Assembly (NCBI GenBank): GCA_043228905.1 | Contig: JBHGNT010000017.1 | Coordinates: 15,252,001-15,316,000, forward strand | DNA length: 64,000 nt | DNA from: Azolla caroliniana | Lineage: Eukaryota > Plantae > Polypodiophyta | Direction: 5' to 3' | In this document: positions 25,773 through 38,829 of the stretch, piece after piece | Position numbering within the stretch: the first letter of the stretch is position 1 | Layout: every line of letters begins with the position of its first letter | Notes under the pieces: model-generated | Seen by the model: the letters and a program-made list of their open reading frames with translations, nothing else | Told to the model about the DNA's origin: nothing | Databases searched by the model: none | Position numbers and translations under genes: made by a program

Positions 25773-26189
25773 ACACACCAAGAATTAAACGAATATGCAT
25801 GACAATTATAGTAGAGTGTGGAAATATCAGTGTCCCTTTGAAATGTCATTGGTGAATTCTTTAGTATGTATTATGTATGGTATGTTGGACGTGAACATAT
25901 GTAATGGGGCACATTGAGTTGGGAAATGCAAAGTTGCTCATTCGGGAGAAAGGCCTATTGTATTGATGACAAACTATACAAAGCGAAGGATCATACTAAA
26001 AAATAGTTTGGTGTACCTCAAATGTACACAATGCTTTGTGAGTGAAGATCAAACCATCTCACAATAAAATGCTCGTCATATAGCATATAAAGAAATATTT
26101 AAAGATAAGGTAAAGATGTGCCTAAAGACGGAAAGGTAAGAAAATATGGACACATGACATATGGGACTAATTCAAATATTATATGACAA

Positions 26190-26720
26190 TGCTTTTGGAA
26201 TTGCAATGGATACCCATGCAATGCGAGATTTGGCATAGAGGATTTGATTAATGACTCATATATCAAATTTCTTGCTGAAAAGTGGGAGCATAATGCTTAA
26301 AGGAATCAAAGTTTAGGCAATTACAATGTTACACTCTTTGATATGGGAAAAAAATCCAAGACCATGAAGAGCACAAGGAGGGGTGACATGTTTGATTAAC
26401 AAGGAAATAGAGAAATATGCGTCGATCATAAAAAATGATGAACATAACTGCTACATATGGTTCAAAATAGAAAATCCAAATGATATGCCCACTTTTGTAG
26501 TTGGATGTTATATTCATCATCAAGATTCTAATTTTTATGCTTGTTTAGATATAGACCAGACTTTTTGTCAATCTAGAAATTGATAGTCCCGATTTCAAAT
26601 CCTAGGGGGAAGTTATTGTCTTTGGTGATGCGAATGCCCGCCCACACAAGGAGTTTCCATCTTGATGCACAACCATTTTCATGCCACATATATGAAGGAT
26701 GCAAGAAGATATACAAATGT
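26190..26720 (+). pseudogene. LINE APE-endonuclease fragment
   Basis: FWNCNG, FLAEKW, GVTCLI, YIWFKI..VVGCYI and VIVFGDANAR motifs across frameshifts. Confidence 0.7.
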
Positions 26721-26842
26721 GTAATCGCCTTTGTATGGATAAAAAAGGATCCGAGTCGATTTGAGAAGTTACTCCTACAAATTTGCAATAGTACTAGGAG
26801 TTAAGCAATAGTTGGATTCATGAATCATGAAGAGAGCCATTA

Positions 26843-27175
26843 CACTATTTTTAAAGGGTTTGGCGGTTCGGTTTAGTTTGGTTCGGGCTTGAGCTTCTTT
26901 AATCGGGTTCAGCCTGGTTTGGAAAGGCTGAAGCCTAGTCAAACCGGTTAAGAAACCACAAGCAAAAGAAAGCACACTAACTTCTCTCCTTCATACCTTC
27001 TACTAGACTAGTTCCGTTCAGCTCGGTTCAAGCGTGAGGTTCCTTAACCGGTTTTTTGAGATCGGTTTGGAAAGGCTCAAGCCGAGCCGAGCCGGTTTGG
27101 GCCAAACCGGTTAAGAAACTACAAGCAAAAGAAAGCACACTATGTCTACTTCTCTCCTTCATCATACCTTCTACT
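26843..27175. repeat. AACCG/CGGTT-rich DNA-transposon end or MITE remnant with an internal ~65 bp duplication
   Basis: aaaccggttaagaaacYacaagcaaaagaaagcacacta at ~26941 and ~27104. Confidence 0.55.
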
Positions 27176-27288
27176 GCGCACCCGCCAGCTTGCGAAGATC
27201 ATTTTGAACAGACAGATGGAGAAAAGGAACATAACAAAAGCCATCACTGGGTGGGCACTGGGCATCGATGGCTCCACCCCTTGAATGT

Positions 27289-27477
27289 TTGATGGCTACT
27301 TCTTCCTCCAAGAATGGTTGGAGGACATGGGACCTTTGATCTCAGAATCCAGAAACTTGAATCAACATGGCCATATGGTTATAAGGTTGAATGGGAGGTC
27401 ATTGTGGTTGCCCCTTGCCCATATGGCCACTCAACTCTAGAAGTAGCCATCAAGTTTCTGGATTCTGAGATCAAAGG
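27289..27477. repeat. nested inverted repeat (28-bp perfect stem)
   Basis: 27333-27360 is the exact reverse complement of 27450-27477; inner 11-bp stem 27368-27378 / 27419-27429. Confidence 0.9.
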
Positions 27478-29299
27478 ATAGATTTTTCTCTTTCATTTCG
27501 TTTTCTATAGAGTACCTGCTGTAAGCATCATCAGCACAGGGGCCATAGCTAAAAAACTGAGTTTTCCTATCCCAATGCCTGTTCATCCCACTTGTGACCT
27601 CAAGGCCATAATCAAGGAATCCCTCCACGAAGATACTGGAGGAAAAGGTATGCATAATCCGTGTTTACATGTATATAACCATATATTTATTTATTTATTT
27701 ATACCTCTATTATGAGTATATCTGCACAGACATCTATGTTATGTTGCACTGTGAGAGTGCAAAGATTCTCTGAATATGAATTACTATTAGATTCAAACAC
27801 ATGCTGTATCTGCATTTTTGCTTTCCAGCATATGTTATATGCAATGGGAGTACAAAGCTACCTTAATTATGCAAGTAGTTTATAATAACAAATTATATCC
27901 AGTATCAGAGCATCTTTAATGAAGCGTAGGTTTAGTAACTTGAAGGGTGTTAACTTGATTATTTTTTAACTTGTACTACTGTCAGAAAGTGTTATGAGAT
28001 CAGGGATTGTTCAGTAAGTATAATGCAAAGTAAAACGGCGGTTTGCATTCCTACTAACGAGGAATCTGCAGTATGTTGAGTAATGAAAAGTTGCAACTTA
28101 AATCTTAAAAATTCTCCATGCCATCTTTTTTGAAGCAGATAGAATGGCAATGCTTCCACTGATTTGTTGAAGTTCGTGCAAATCATTATGTGCTTGCTCT
28201 GGTTCAAGCTCCTTATAGCATTCAAATGCATTTTCAGTAACTATACGCTTTAGCATCAATATTCATTCGTCCACCATTACACATTGCAACCTGTATCTAT
28301 TGATGGTTTGGGGGATTAGCTCCATGCCCTCTTTTTTTATATGATTCAACTGACTCATATTCCTCATTGACATCATGAAAGCTTATTGAAGCTGCAATCA
28401 TGCAATACATTAAAATGGAAACTCAACCTTAATGGTGTAGTTGGTAATAATCTCTATGAAAGTAATGAAGCTAATAATCTCTATACAAATAATGAAGGAT
28501 ATATTAATGTCTACTGGGTTCTCTGACAAGAATAGTGAAGCAAAATCGTTTATATAGCCTCTGCCTCATTGTGCAGTACACCTCTTATGTCACAGAGTCC
28601 TCATCTAGGCGGATCAACAGGCTTGGAAGTACTCATTACCTCTAGTCTCAGAGTCATTGATGAAAATAAAAAGGGTTTTGTTACAAGAATGTGAACGTGG
28701 TGTTTTCCTTCTACCTTAACAGTAATTAGGTATAAAACATATAATCAATGTCTAACCATTTGTTAACTGCATGCCATAAAATATTACACCTGTGAATTAT
28801 TAACACAACTGTATTCACACTGATTTGAAGAAAGTGATTTTTGACATAGATGCATTTCCACATCTACACACCTATTCCTCACTGTAAAAAACGGCAATTT
28901 GGCCAACTTAATCTAAATGCCTTTCCATGTCTGTATATCTATCCATACTGATTTCAAAGTAGTGATTTTTGGCCATGTAATTCCTATATGCATTTCCATA
29001 TCTGCATTTCCACTGAGGATTCACATGGTCAAAAATCATAAACAAACATGTTTCTTTCCCATAGAGAATCAAATCGAATGCCTCCACACAAAAAATCTAC
29101 ATACATTTTTATGAGTTTCACGTAATAATTTTAAACATATCTGCAGGTCCACGAAAATGTCATAGAAAATAATGAAACATTTGCCAAACCGTTCAATTAA
29201 GAACATGCTAAACAAAAATATGAGCTTGTGAATGTTCCGTGAACCCATATGGAGTACAGCACGGCGTAACTTTTATAGAATCAAATCAAGACAAGATAA

Positions 29300-29600
29300 T
29301 CCAAGATTTGAGGTCAAGGTGGCTACTTTTACTGATGGGATCTTCAATGTATTATGTATCCCTGCTCCATGTGAGCAAGTCAACTGAACATTGAGGTACA
29401 AGATTAAACCAAGATTTGAGGTCAAGGAAGCTACTTTTGCAAGCAGGATCTTCGATGTATGATGTATCCATGCTCCATATGAGCATATTTCACATTATCA
29501 TCAAGGCAAAAGTTAAATCCAAGATTTGAAGTCAAGGAGGTTACTTGTGCCAATGAGATCTTCCATGTATGACATATCCATGTGCCATGTGAGCATGTCA
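29300..29600. repeat. three diverged ~109-bp tandem units downstream of the gene
   Basis: ccaagatttgaRgtcaagg...gatcttc.atgta...gagca at ~29301, 29409 and 29519. Confidence 0.75.
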
Positions 29601-29860
29601 CTTTAGCTAACCATATCATAAACCAAATGTAAACAGCATCCAAAATGTCATATGAAATCACAAAGGTCAATAATTTGAGCATGATTGTGGATATATTGAA
29701 GTTTTCCATATGCTACGATTGTTACGATGCAAGACGGTTTGTATAGCGATGTATTGTGGATACTACATCTCTGGAGCTTTGGACATCACCTTTTAATTTG
29801 GCTTTGCTAACCCATAAACTTTGCAGGTGATATTCAGGACCATAGACAAGTCTGCATTCT

Positions 29861-30826
29861 TCATTCTGCCTTCAACCTCATTGTACTTAGTAGGGACACA
29901 ACCCAGTTTGCCAATCTTTCATCATTTGACGACCAAGTACAGACTAACATAGCGGCAGCACTAGACTTGCCTATTGTTGAAGTGATTTGATGAGATTCTG
30001 CATCATTACTAGTACAAACACGAAGACAAACTGAATGACCAACGATACAATCATCTTCCTTGGTAAAGAGTGTACTACCATGCCATTTCCTTTTTACTAA
30101 ACACATGTAGACTGCATCCAAAATATCAGATGACTTAAACGATGGGATCCAGGTTGGCTCCCCCTCATATTGAAGGCATGATGTTGAAGCTTCCTCATCA
30201 TCATTTTCAGGTTCCTGTTCTAGATCAAGACTCCAGTCTTTACGATACCTTTTCTTAGGTTGCTCATTAGGCTGCACCACCTCCAATGTTGTATCAGGCT
30301 TTTGTTTACCAAAACCATCATTAATATCACCTGTATCTGAACTCATATATATCGGACAATAGCACTTGAAGTGCAAATCATGTTGTGAAACATTCAACGC
30401 AGACAAAACTTCTTCAGAATGCATCACTTGAATGGTTCTGTCCTGGTCCATCATAACAATGCCCGAGCGAAGACCATCACTGACAGAGGGCATAATTTCC
30501 AAGAGATTTTTGGGAAAATCATGTGCTGCATTCAGTTCCATTTTATCCTTTTTTGGATCATCTACATCTGCAGAAGATGAACCACCACCTGCCAAGAAAC
30601 CCTCTGTAGCCAGAACTTTGATTACAAGGCGTGATGGAACCTCAACCACTTCTCCATTCCCAGGGTCAAAGCACGGGACACCTAGCTCTGATGTAACCCT
30701 TGCTTTCAACAAAGCCATTTTTGGCCGCTCACCATGAACTAGAATAACATTCTTTGGGCAAACATGACGAAGTAAATCCATGATGCCTTTTGCATCTGTA
30801 TGTGCACTGAAGGAAAGATGATGAAC
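29861..30826 (-). CDS. CPSF73-II: CPSF73-II/INTS11 exon 13 (last)
   Basis: [18 protein letters not shown]...LVHGE to stop; basic NLS-like PKKRYRK. Confidence 0.92.
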   Translation of the reverse strand, partial: VHHLSFSAHTDAKGIMDLLRHVCPKNVILVHGERPKMALLKARVTSELGVPCFDPGNGEVVEVPSRLVIKVLATEGFLAGGGSSSADVDDPKKDKMELNAAHDFPKNLLEIMPSVSDGLRSGIVMMDQDRTIQVMHSEEVLSALNVSQHDLHFKCYCPIYMSSDTGDINDGFGKQKPDTTLEVVQPNEQPKKRYRKDWSLDLEQEPENDDEEASTSCLQYEGEPTWIPSFKSSDILDAVYMCLVKRKWHGSTLFTKEDDCIVGHSVCLRVCTSNDAESHQITSTIGKSSAAAMLVCTWSSNDERLANWVVSLLSTMRLKAE

Positions 30827-33800
30827 CTGGTTCATAGTTAAGCATATTCTTGAGTCAACCATTAACAAACTCAAATTCCATAGAATAAAATGCTCTGTGA
30901 GCCTAAGGCTTTTATAAATCCTAAATTAAATTAAACATTATGACAGGTTAACTTTAGTAAGCCTTAGTGTACGGTGAAAGGTAATCCAAATTTTGTATTG
31001 TTGTCATTTTGAATCCACTATCTTCAGTAAGAAAATATATTAAACACGAGTCTATACACGATGATTTTCTTTCCATTGTAGCGAATTCCAAATGCGCCTT
31101 ATCATTGATAGTTTGAGACTTTTGACACTCACAAGAGGATTGTACACTATATTGTCTTCTAGGCACGGCCAAATGATTCAATGGGAGGACCAAAAAGTGT
31201 TATCCTTCTCATCCTTGATATAGCTAATAGCTAAGATAGAAGTCAAATTCAATGGATATTTTTTATAATGGGTTTATTCATGTGTGCCCCTTATTCTATG
31301 GGGTCTATGGAAACCATCCCAAAATGTGGAACTTACTATACTCACTAATTCAGTGACCACCCTACCTAAGCAACAGAAATTTCCAGTAGGCTAAAGTCAT
31401 AAACCAAACTCTTATATTTCGAGCCAGCTGAGGGCTGGAAAGATACCATCAATGCTTTGACCTTAAAATCAGAGAAAGTCAAAGGATTAGTGTTACGTTC
31501 CTATGTTTACAGCATTGAGAAGGTTAGGTAATCCTATTGATAGGACCCTCGAAATCATTCTCGTTTACCAGGTGATCACCACTCTTGGACTCTTACCTCT
31601 GGGCTACCATGTTTTCACATCTGGCAGGTTTAGATCAGTGGTATGGGATGCAGGTAGGAGTTGATGTCAGACCGCTTACTGCTAGCTCCCAAGCTCTGGG
31701 GTCACTCTACATTGGCTGGCTCTATGGCTGGGGGATAACATGGATATCTGCCTGTACAGGATACCTTGTGTGCAGGTTGAGGATTCGATAATGGATTTAA
31801 GAAAGAGAAAGGCGACTTGCAACTCCACAGAGAGGTATGCAACAAGGACACATACAGGTTGCATAGAATGCCTTCTGTTTTGCTGAGTAAAAAGTGCATG
31901 TTGTTTGCAGAGCGAGAATGTTATTACGAACTTAATTTTGGGGGACTTGAAACATACACTTCAAATTACAAAGGGTTTTCAGACACATGTGGGCACAGAA
32001 CTGGCTGCATATGCAAATTATGGCTGATATATAATGACACACTTAACAAGTTCTTGGGTTTAATGTTATGTTCTTGCTCCTAGTGATCAAGATTGCCAAT
32101 GAAAATCCCCATCTCACAATGGCAAATAACACGTGATATTAATACGCAAACAGTAGATACTTCTCCCTTTTCTTCACTTCATTTATATATTTCCCTATTC
32201 AAGAAGGGAGGAGAAAAGAACCTGACACCGAACTTCCATCGTTGTTTTTGAATCTAATTTTACTGATTTTCCTTGGACTAATCTGTATCCCACAGTTCCA
32301 GGCACACAATACCTGCAGACAACAGGACACTTTATATATTCTCATAATGGTGCAAAATGTATTTCGACAAAATAAGTATAATTTACCCTGGAACCACAAC
32401 CATGTTTTTCTCAAAGGGTGCCCACAGCTTGAAAATTTCCAAAGAGAGCCCTCCACTGATCATGCCTGGTGTGGCAAATAGTACACAAGGTCCAGGAGCA
32501 TTCATTTGTGATCGGTCAAATGCCGTTACTGCAAACATTCAGAAAGTAGTTCAGTACTCGCAATAGAATCAATATCTATTGTAAAATTGTCGTAAAAATG
32601 GAATTAAAATAGCTTCACAAAAAAAGAATGACAGTTCAGTTAGAATATACCATGCTTGAAGTCAAAAGTATTTCTGGTAACACATGTGTCCTTTACTTTC
32701 TGACTTGTCCACGATATCAGTAGTTTATAATATACATTAGCTTGCATTGTTAGACCTGTGCAAAAAAACATAATTTTCCATAAAACTTGATTCATTTGGA
32801 AAATTGATATACAATAGACTGCCAGACTAATACTAACATGACCTATAATCAAACATTCTCCTTTCCAACAATGAATATGTTAATAGTAAAACTACATTGG
32901 CCTTAAAAGGAGATTAACATGTAAATCATTTCCTAAGGTGGATTCTTGGATGGGGTTTCTAATCCTCTTATCATTCAAAAGGGGAAACTCTTGCACAACA
33001 CTGAAATGGGAAAAAAACACGGATAGAACCACTCAACAATGCCATTAGGAGAAATCTGCAAGAGTGCAGAGAATCAAAACGAAACTAAGTAAGAAACTGT
33101 ATCAACATAGACAACCAAAAAAATACAGATTTCAAACATATACATAACATGTATCCTGTTTCCTCAAACAATATTCTATACATTTTTAAGGCATTAATGT
33201 GCCTTATCATTTCATTATATCTTTTATGCTAAAACATTCTAATAAAGCAGAAGAAAACTTAATTCTCAAATGCTCACAGACAATAAGACTTAACCTCGCA
33301 TGACAACAGTATGTGATGGCGAAGAAATCAATACACCACACATAACTACCAAGTCATCGATATGCTAAGGTATATCCTTTTTATTTCATCTAATGGTACA
33401 GTGAAGCAGATAAAAAAAACATACAAGAATGAAATCCGAAGTTGTACTAGGGAAACGTATACCCAAATTTGGGAGATAGAACAGAAGTTAGAAAGTGGAA
33501 GATTCACAGGCTATGGATTATTCTTTATGCAACAAAATAAATTGATTACAGATATATCCTATAAATGCTTCAGATAGCTAAATATATCCTTCAGATTTAT
33601 TAATGTTTGTGTTTTCTTTAGTTAAGGTCTTCTTTCATTTAAGCTCCAATTGTATATTATGGCCCGTGGATTAATACTCTTTTTGGGAGAGAAAATAAAA
33701 GGGCTCTCTATGCTGCAGTAGAGAAATCCCTTGACCACATGATTGTGCTGTTGAAAAAATGCACCTTGCACTTTTTCCTCCCAGTTTATAATAATTATGA

Positions 33801-36800
33801 TCGAGAGAGAAGGAAACAAACAACGATATTTATTTTATTTTACCGTGGTTGCAGCAATCATCTAGTGATGTTAATCTGCATTGCTTTTGCAATGCATGTA
33901 ATGGTTAATTTCTGCATAAATTAATCCAGATCTTTTCACAGCAAACTCTAAATGCAACACATTGCAGCATCTTACCATCAATACTTAATAAGCTGCAATC
34001 CTACCGATAACATAATGTGAAACCGAGGCATAATTAACTTCTTTTAATACTTTACATAAATTCTGTAGGACTCAGGAATCAATTTTTAGTTTAGAAAATA
34101 TTATGATACCCAAATATGCTTATAAGCTACACAAATTACGAAAGTGCCCTTGTGTACTTTCATAATCATCATGGATTCTTGGTCAAATTTGTGGCTCTTC
34201 AAATCACATGAAAATTAAGATTAAATACACAATTAAACCTTAACCAATTATAGTAATGAGATTTGTTAATAACGCTATTAAAATTGTTCTTTCTCAGATT
34301 GTGAAGCAGGGCATATTTTAATTAACTAGTTTGCCAATAATGCATCAATTTAGAAAGTGGGCATGCACTAATTGGGAAAATAAGATTGGGTAATTAAGAA
34401 CATAAACAAGCATACTTTCATAATTTCACAACTTAATTTCCCTTAAGATTATCATTACAATATCCATCACACAGAGTGCTGTCATACAACCCAGTTTAGG
34501 AATAATGACATTCAAGCATCACATACAGACATGTATGACATTATTTGAGAGGATTAGGAAGATAGGCAAACCAGCAGAAAAATAAATGGGAGCCTTGAGA
34601 TTCATCCGCTCCCAGTAGTCGTCCATGAGAATGCAAAGTTCCTGAGACAAAAATGCATGTGTTAAATCTGAATTTTCTTAAACCACTAGACAAGTCTTGC
34701 TGTAAACTTTGAGCATACTTCAAGTAAGAAAATGAACCTGTGCACGACCAAGAGCAAAGACAGGGATCAAAACTTTGCCACCACCAGCGATACATGTGTG
34801 CACCTATATTTCAAACCAGCAAAAACACATTAAATAGTCAGCAGAAGAACTGTCATGTTCTGTTTTATCAGAGTATCTAAAATATTTTCAAGATCAAAAC
34901 AACTCACAGCTTTCAAGAATTCCCGCTCACGTGCATGCTTGGAATCTCTTATTGTTGTTGCATAAGTTGACCTATCAAAGATGGAAAAATGTTAAGGCAA
35001 TGTGCAATAATGACAGTTGCAAAAACGAGGGAGATTGTGAATGCCCAGACTATCAGAATAATATGAAGTTCCAGCAATGAATTGTGGCACTGAAAGACAT
35101 TAGAAATGTAATGGTTGTACCCGCTCCTGCCCTCCGGATTTCAAACTTTTTCCCACATCACAGTATCCCCTACAAGTTTTACTGCTTACAATATGAGTTG
35201 AAAGTACTGACTCCAAAAATTTCCAAGCATATCACCAAGCTTCTACACTCTTGAAAAACCAGGGAATGTACTCCATTCAAAGAATTCGAAGTGTGTCATT
35301 AAGATTCTAATACGAACAAAACCATTCACCTACAGATGGATTTGTTCTCCACCACAAATAGTGTAACACTTATATGCATACTAGACGTTTGTTTCATTAC
35401 ACATCACTGCATAGGATTCTAGCTATCCCTATATCAGAAAACTCTGGATTATATTTCTAACAGGAGCAACTACACCATCTTTTAACACACATGTACACAT
35501 GTATGCATCTGCTAAAATGATAGTTCTCAAAAAATCCAATTTAGGCTTGCATAAGAATTAAGTAACCTACTCGGTGATGATAAGGTCTGGTTGCAGACGG
35601 TCAATTTGTGCAGCACCCAAATGTCTATCAGGTGTCATATTGTAATCTCCTGTATAAACTACACTGCTTTCACCCACCTTGACATAAAACATAGCTGCAC
35701 CGAGGACCTGCAAAAATTAATCATGTCATTCTGAATTAGATTACCAAAATACCTAACTTTGAATTAGGCATTGAAATCTCTCATTTTCAAAATCAGAATG
35801 CGCCAAAAGACTTAAACAGAGCATGACAATACATGTCCAGCATAGTAAGCTCGGAGCTGGAGGTCATTTCCCACAGAAATTGTCTGTCTCAGATCAACAG
35901 CAGTCACTAAAAAGAAAAGGGAAAAAAAGTTACTTAGGATGTAATGCTTCTTCATGAGATTGATAACATATCTATAGGCTGTCATCTACTAACCTCAAAA
36001 CTTAATAGATCAGGTTAGTTAAGGCATTTTCAAAGAAACCACGCAAAGCCTCATTTAAAATGTCGTCAAAAAAGCCCCTAACCTAGGGGATATTTCCTGT
36101 CCTCAAACCCATTTAACTTCTAATATTGACATGGCCAAAGTTTGAACTGTATCATTTCATGATTATCTTCACTTTATCCATCCAAAATGTTTACATCACA
36201 CTCAACATTGACGTATAACCAATGTCAGCAGAAGTATACATACACTACATCAGAGGGCATAGAGAACATCTTGGCATATTTTCATTACTTCAATTAGGAC
36301 AATTCTGGACAATTTCAAATGCATGAATATTGCTTCCATTGAAGTAGATTTAGCATCTTGCAACAGTTTCTTTAGTATATAGATGCCCCAGCCTACATAT
36401 TTGAAAATTCTTCAGTATTCTTCAAAGATGTACAAAAATCAAAAAAACATGCATCAATCTTCATCTACTTGGAGGGTTTTTCAAAAATCCATGCAGCTCT
36501 AGGATTTTCTTGCATCACTTCTCACATTAAAAACCTTAATCATGTCTTGCACTATATAGTTTTGATCCATTTCACAATAGAAGCAAGAAAACTTTGGATA
36601 TCTTCATAGTTATACTTTACTAACTATGTTAACATGATGCAAAATACCAGAGTACTTCCTTACCTTTTCTCATGCAATCATGTATTTGTCGTACACTGAA
36701 CTGCTCCTGCTGACCCCTTCTTTCTACCATCACCTTGCGGAAGTCCTCGAGCATTAATGGTGCCAAAGCCTTCGTAGGATACTACAGAAAAAAAGCAAAT

Positions 36801-38829
36801 GTTTCCTATCCTGGTTAAACCAATTAGTCTTGTCATATTCCAAATTCCTAATTAAGTACAGAATGTTCTAGAAAAGGTACTTACTGTCATAAATATTGGA
36901 CCTTCATAGCCACATACTTCTGTGAAGTATGGAAGCGCTCCAACATGATCCAGATGACTAGAAACACAAAAGACTTTGTGAATCCCATTGAACCATCTTA
37001 CAAATTTACGGTAATGCTTTTCACAAAGAAAACAAGCATAAGAAAGAATTGAAGACATAACAAAACTACGATTTCAAGGTTAATTGGGAAAGGGGACGAG
37101 AAGAAAATAAGCATTTCTGAAAAAAAAGAGTAGCATTGAGACACCAGAAATCAGTGCATGTCACAAAGAAAATGTGGACTAATCCGGACATTAGCAAGAC
37201 TAATATTTCAATTTAAAATAACGAATTTCTAAAGAAAACTAATATTAGAATGGATTTGGAACATCACAAAAATAAAGATTTTGAGATTACTAAAAACAAA
37301 ACAGCAGTGTAAATAGATCCATGAGTCAGGGCCGAACCAATGGCAAAGATAGTTGTATTTCACATAGATAGATTTCTTCAGCGTGCTAATGAGACTAAAT
37401 AAGATCTATGGGGCAGAGCCGAATTCACGGCAAAGATAGTAGCATGGATTGGAGACATCACGAAACAAACATTTTAAGATTCTTTACAAATGTGAGAAAC
37501 GCATTGAACTCCATGGACCACCACATTTACAACAATAAACATTACAAAGGTAACAACCATTAGAATGGATTAGATCTATCACTAACGTTAAGATTTACTC
37601 AAATTAAAATTTCAAGGTTGCACAAATGTAATGGTCAGAACAAAACCATTGTAAAGGACCCCATTGAAAACTTGGATAAAATGAATTCAAGATATCAAAA
37701 AAACTACGATTTTCAGATATCCTACAAATGTGACAAATTCAAATTTACAACAATGGACCACCACACTTACAACAATAAACATCACAAAGAAACAACCATT
37801 AGAATGGATTAGATCTATCACTAACGTTAAGATTTACTCAAATTAAAATTTCAAGGTTGCCCAAATGTAACGATCAGAAACAAAAGCATTGTAAAGGACC
37901 CCACTGAAAACTCGGATCAAATGGATTGAAGATATCAACAAAACTAAAATTTTGAAATATTCCTACAAATGTGACAAAAAATGAACTGCCATTTAAATTT
38001 ACAACAACGTATTCGCAAATAAAACAAACATTAGAATAGATTAGAAACATCATTAAAATCATATTAGTTCACAGAGATGACAACGGACAGATTCGTAAAT
38101 TTGGAATGATTTTCATTGAACATAATGCATTAATGCATTGTCACAAGGAAAACACGAATTAAATACAAGATGATTAAGTGACTTGAGTGACATGAATAGA
38201 AAAGCAAATTAATTATAAACATTTCCAGTAAAACGCCATACAAAGCATGCAAAATTTTACAACAACAGGAACAGAATTAACAAAAAAAAAGAAAAAAGAA
38301 AAACCCTAATGTTTTTGAGCTACTTACAAATGTGTGATGATGACACAATCAATCACTTGAGTAAAGTCGCCACATTTCGATATCAAAGAGAAATCTGGAA
38401 ATCGTCGCTCATCATTATACCCCATATGCATACCACAATCAAACATGATGTTCTTTCCTCCTATTGTGACGACAACACAGCTTTTTCCTACTTCAAGTCC
38501 AGCTCCTACGATGAAAATAAAAAATAAAAACCAAAAGCAAAAAGAAAATGTGTATAGTTATACTAATAAAAAAACCCATCCTGATCCATGGGACCTTGCA
38601 TAGGTGAAAGAAGAAGAAACAGGGCATGGGATATATCAAAGGTATTTTAAGTTACCTAGGATAAGAGACTTCATCATGATGATAACAACTGAAATGGTTG
38701 TTATCATCATGATCATGGTATTTTAAGTTACCTAGGATAAGAGACTTGATCATGATGATAACAACTGAAATGGTTGTTATCATCATGATCATGGTATTTC
38801 AAGTTACCTAGGATAAGAGATTTGATCAT
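29861..38829 (-). CDS. CPSF73-II: Cleavage and polyadenylation specificity factor 73-II / Integrator subunit 11 (MBL beta-CASP endonuclease), 13 coding exons, 701 aa
   Basis: Exons 38808-38829, 38328-38505, 36885-36957, 36664-36781, 35833-35906, 35571-35707, 34908-34971, 34738-34803, 34572-34641, 32651-32755, 32387-32528, 32222-32312, 29861-30826. All introns are GT-AG and phases are consistent. Motifs [64 protein letters not shown]. Confidence 0.95.
32222..32312 (-). CDS. CPSF73-II: CPSF73-II/INTS11 exon 12
   Basis: YCVPGTVG...EVRCQ, AG/GT bounded. Confidence 0.9.
32387..32528 (-). CDS. CPSF73-II: CPSF73-II/INTS11 exon 11
   Basis: [35 protein letters not shown]. Confidence 0.92.
32651..32755 (-). 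CDS. CPSF73-II: CPSF73-II/INTS11 exon 10
   Basis: [21 protein letters not shown]...FDFKH. Confidence 0.92.
34572..34641 (-). CDS. CPSF73-II: CPSF73-II/INTS11 exon 9
   Basis: [23 protein letters not shown]. Confidence 0.92.
34738..34803 (-). CDS. CPSF73-II: CPSF73-II/INTS11 exon 8
   Basis: [22 protein letters not shown]. Confidence 0.92.
34908..34971 (-). CDS. CPSF73-II: CPSF73-II/INTS11 exon 7
   Basis: [21 protein letters not shown]. Confidence 0.92.
35571..35707 (-). CDS. CPSF73-II: CPSF73-II/INTS11 exon 6
   Basis: [35 protein letters not shown]. Confidence 0.92.
35833..35906 (-). CDS. CPSF73-II: CPSF73-II/INTS11 exon 5
   Basis: [24 protein letters not shown]. Confidence 0.92.
36664..36781 (-). 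CDS. CPSF73-II: CPSF73-II/INTS11 exon 4
   Basis: [23 protein letters not shown]. Confidence 0.92.
36885..36957 (-). CDS. CPSF73-II: CPSF73-II/INTS11 exon 3
   Basis: [24 protein letters not shown]. Confidence 0.92.
37513..37990. repeat. ~240-bp tandem duplication in intron 2
   Basis: atggaccaccaca...gatctatcactaacgttaagatttactc...gtaaaggacccca at 37513 and 37753. Confidence 0.85.
38328..38505 (-). CDS. CPSF73-II: CPSF73-II/INTS11 exon 2
   Basis: [30 protein letters not shown]...IIITHF-like. Confidence 0.92.

Noticed and set aside
27437-27655. 72-aa ORF as a second host gene
   Set aside because: No recognisable motif or exon chain; it overlaps the fold-back repeat.
29861-30874. 337-aa ORF as a stand-alone gene
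   Set aside because: It is the last exon of CPSF73-II/INTS11; the first 16 codons are intronic.
32222-38829. Non-canonical or U12 introns in the host gene
   Set aside because: All 12 introns are GT-AG and none has the GTATCCTT donor.
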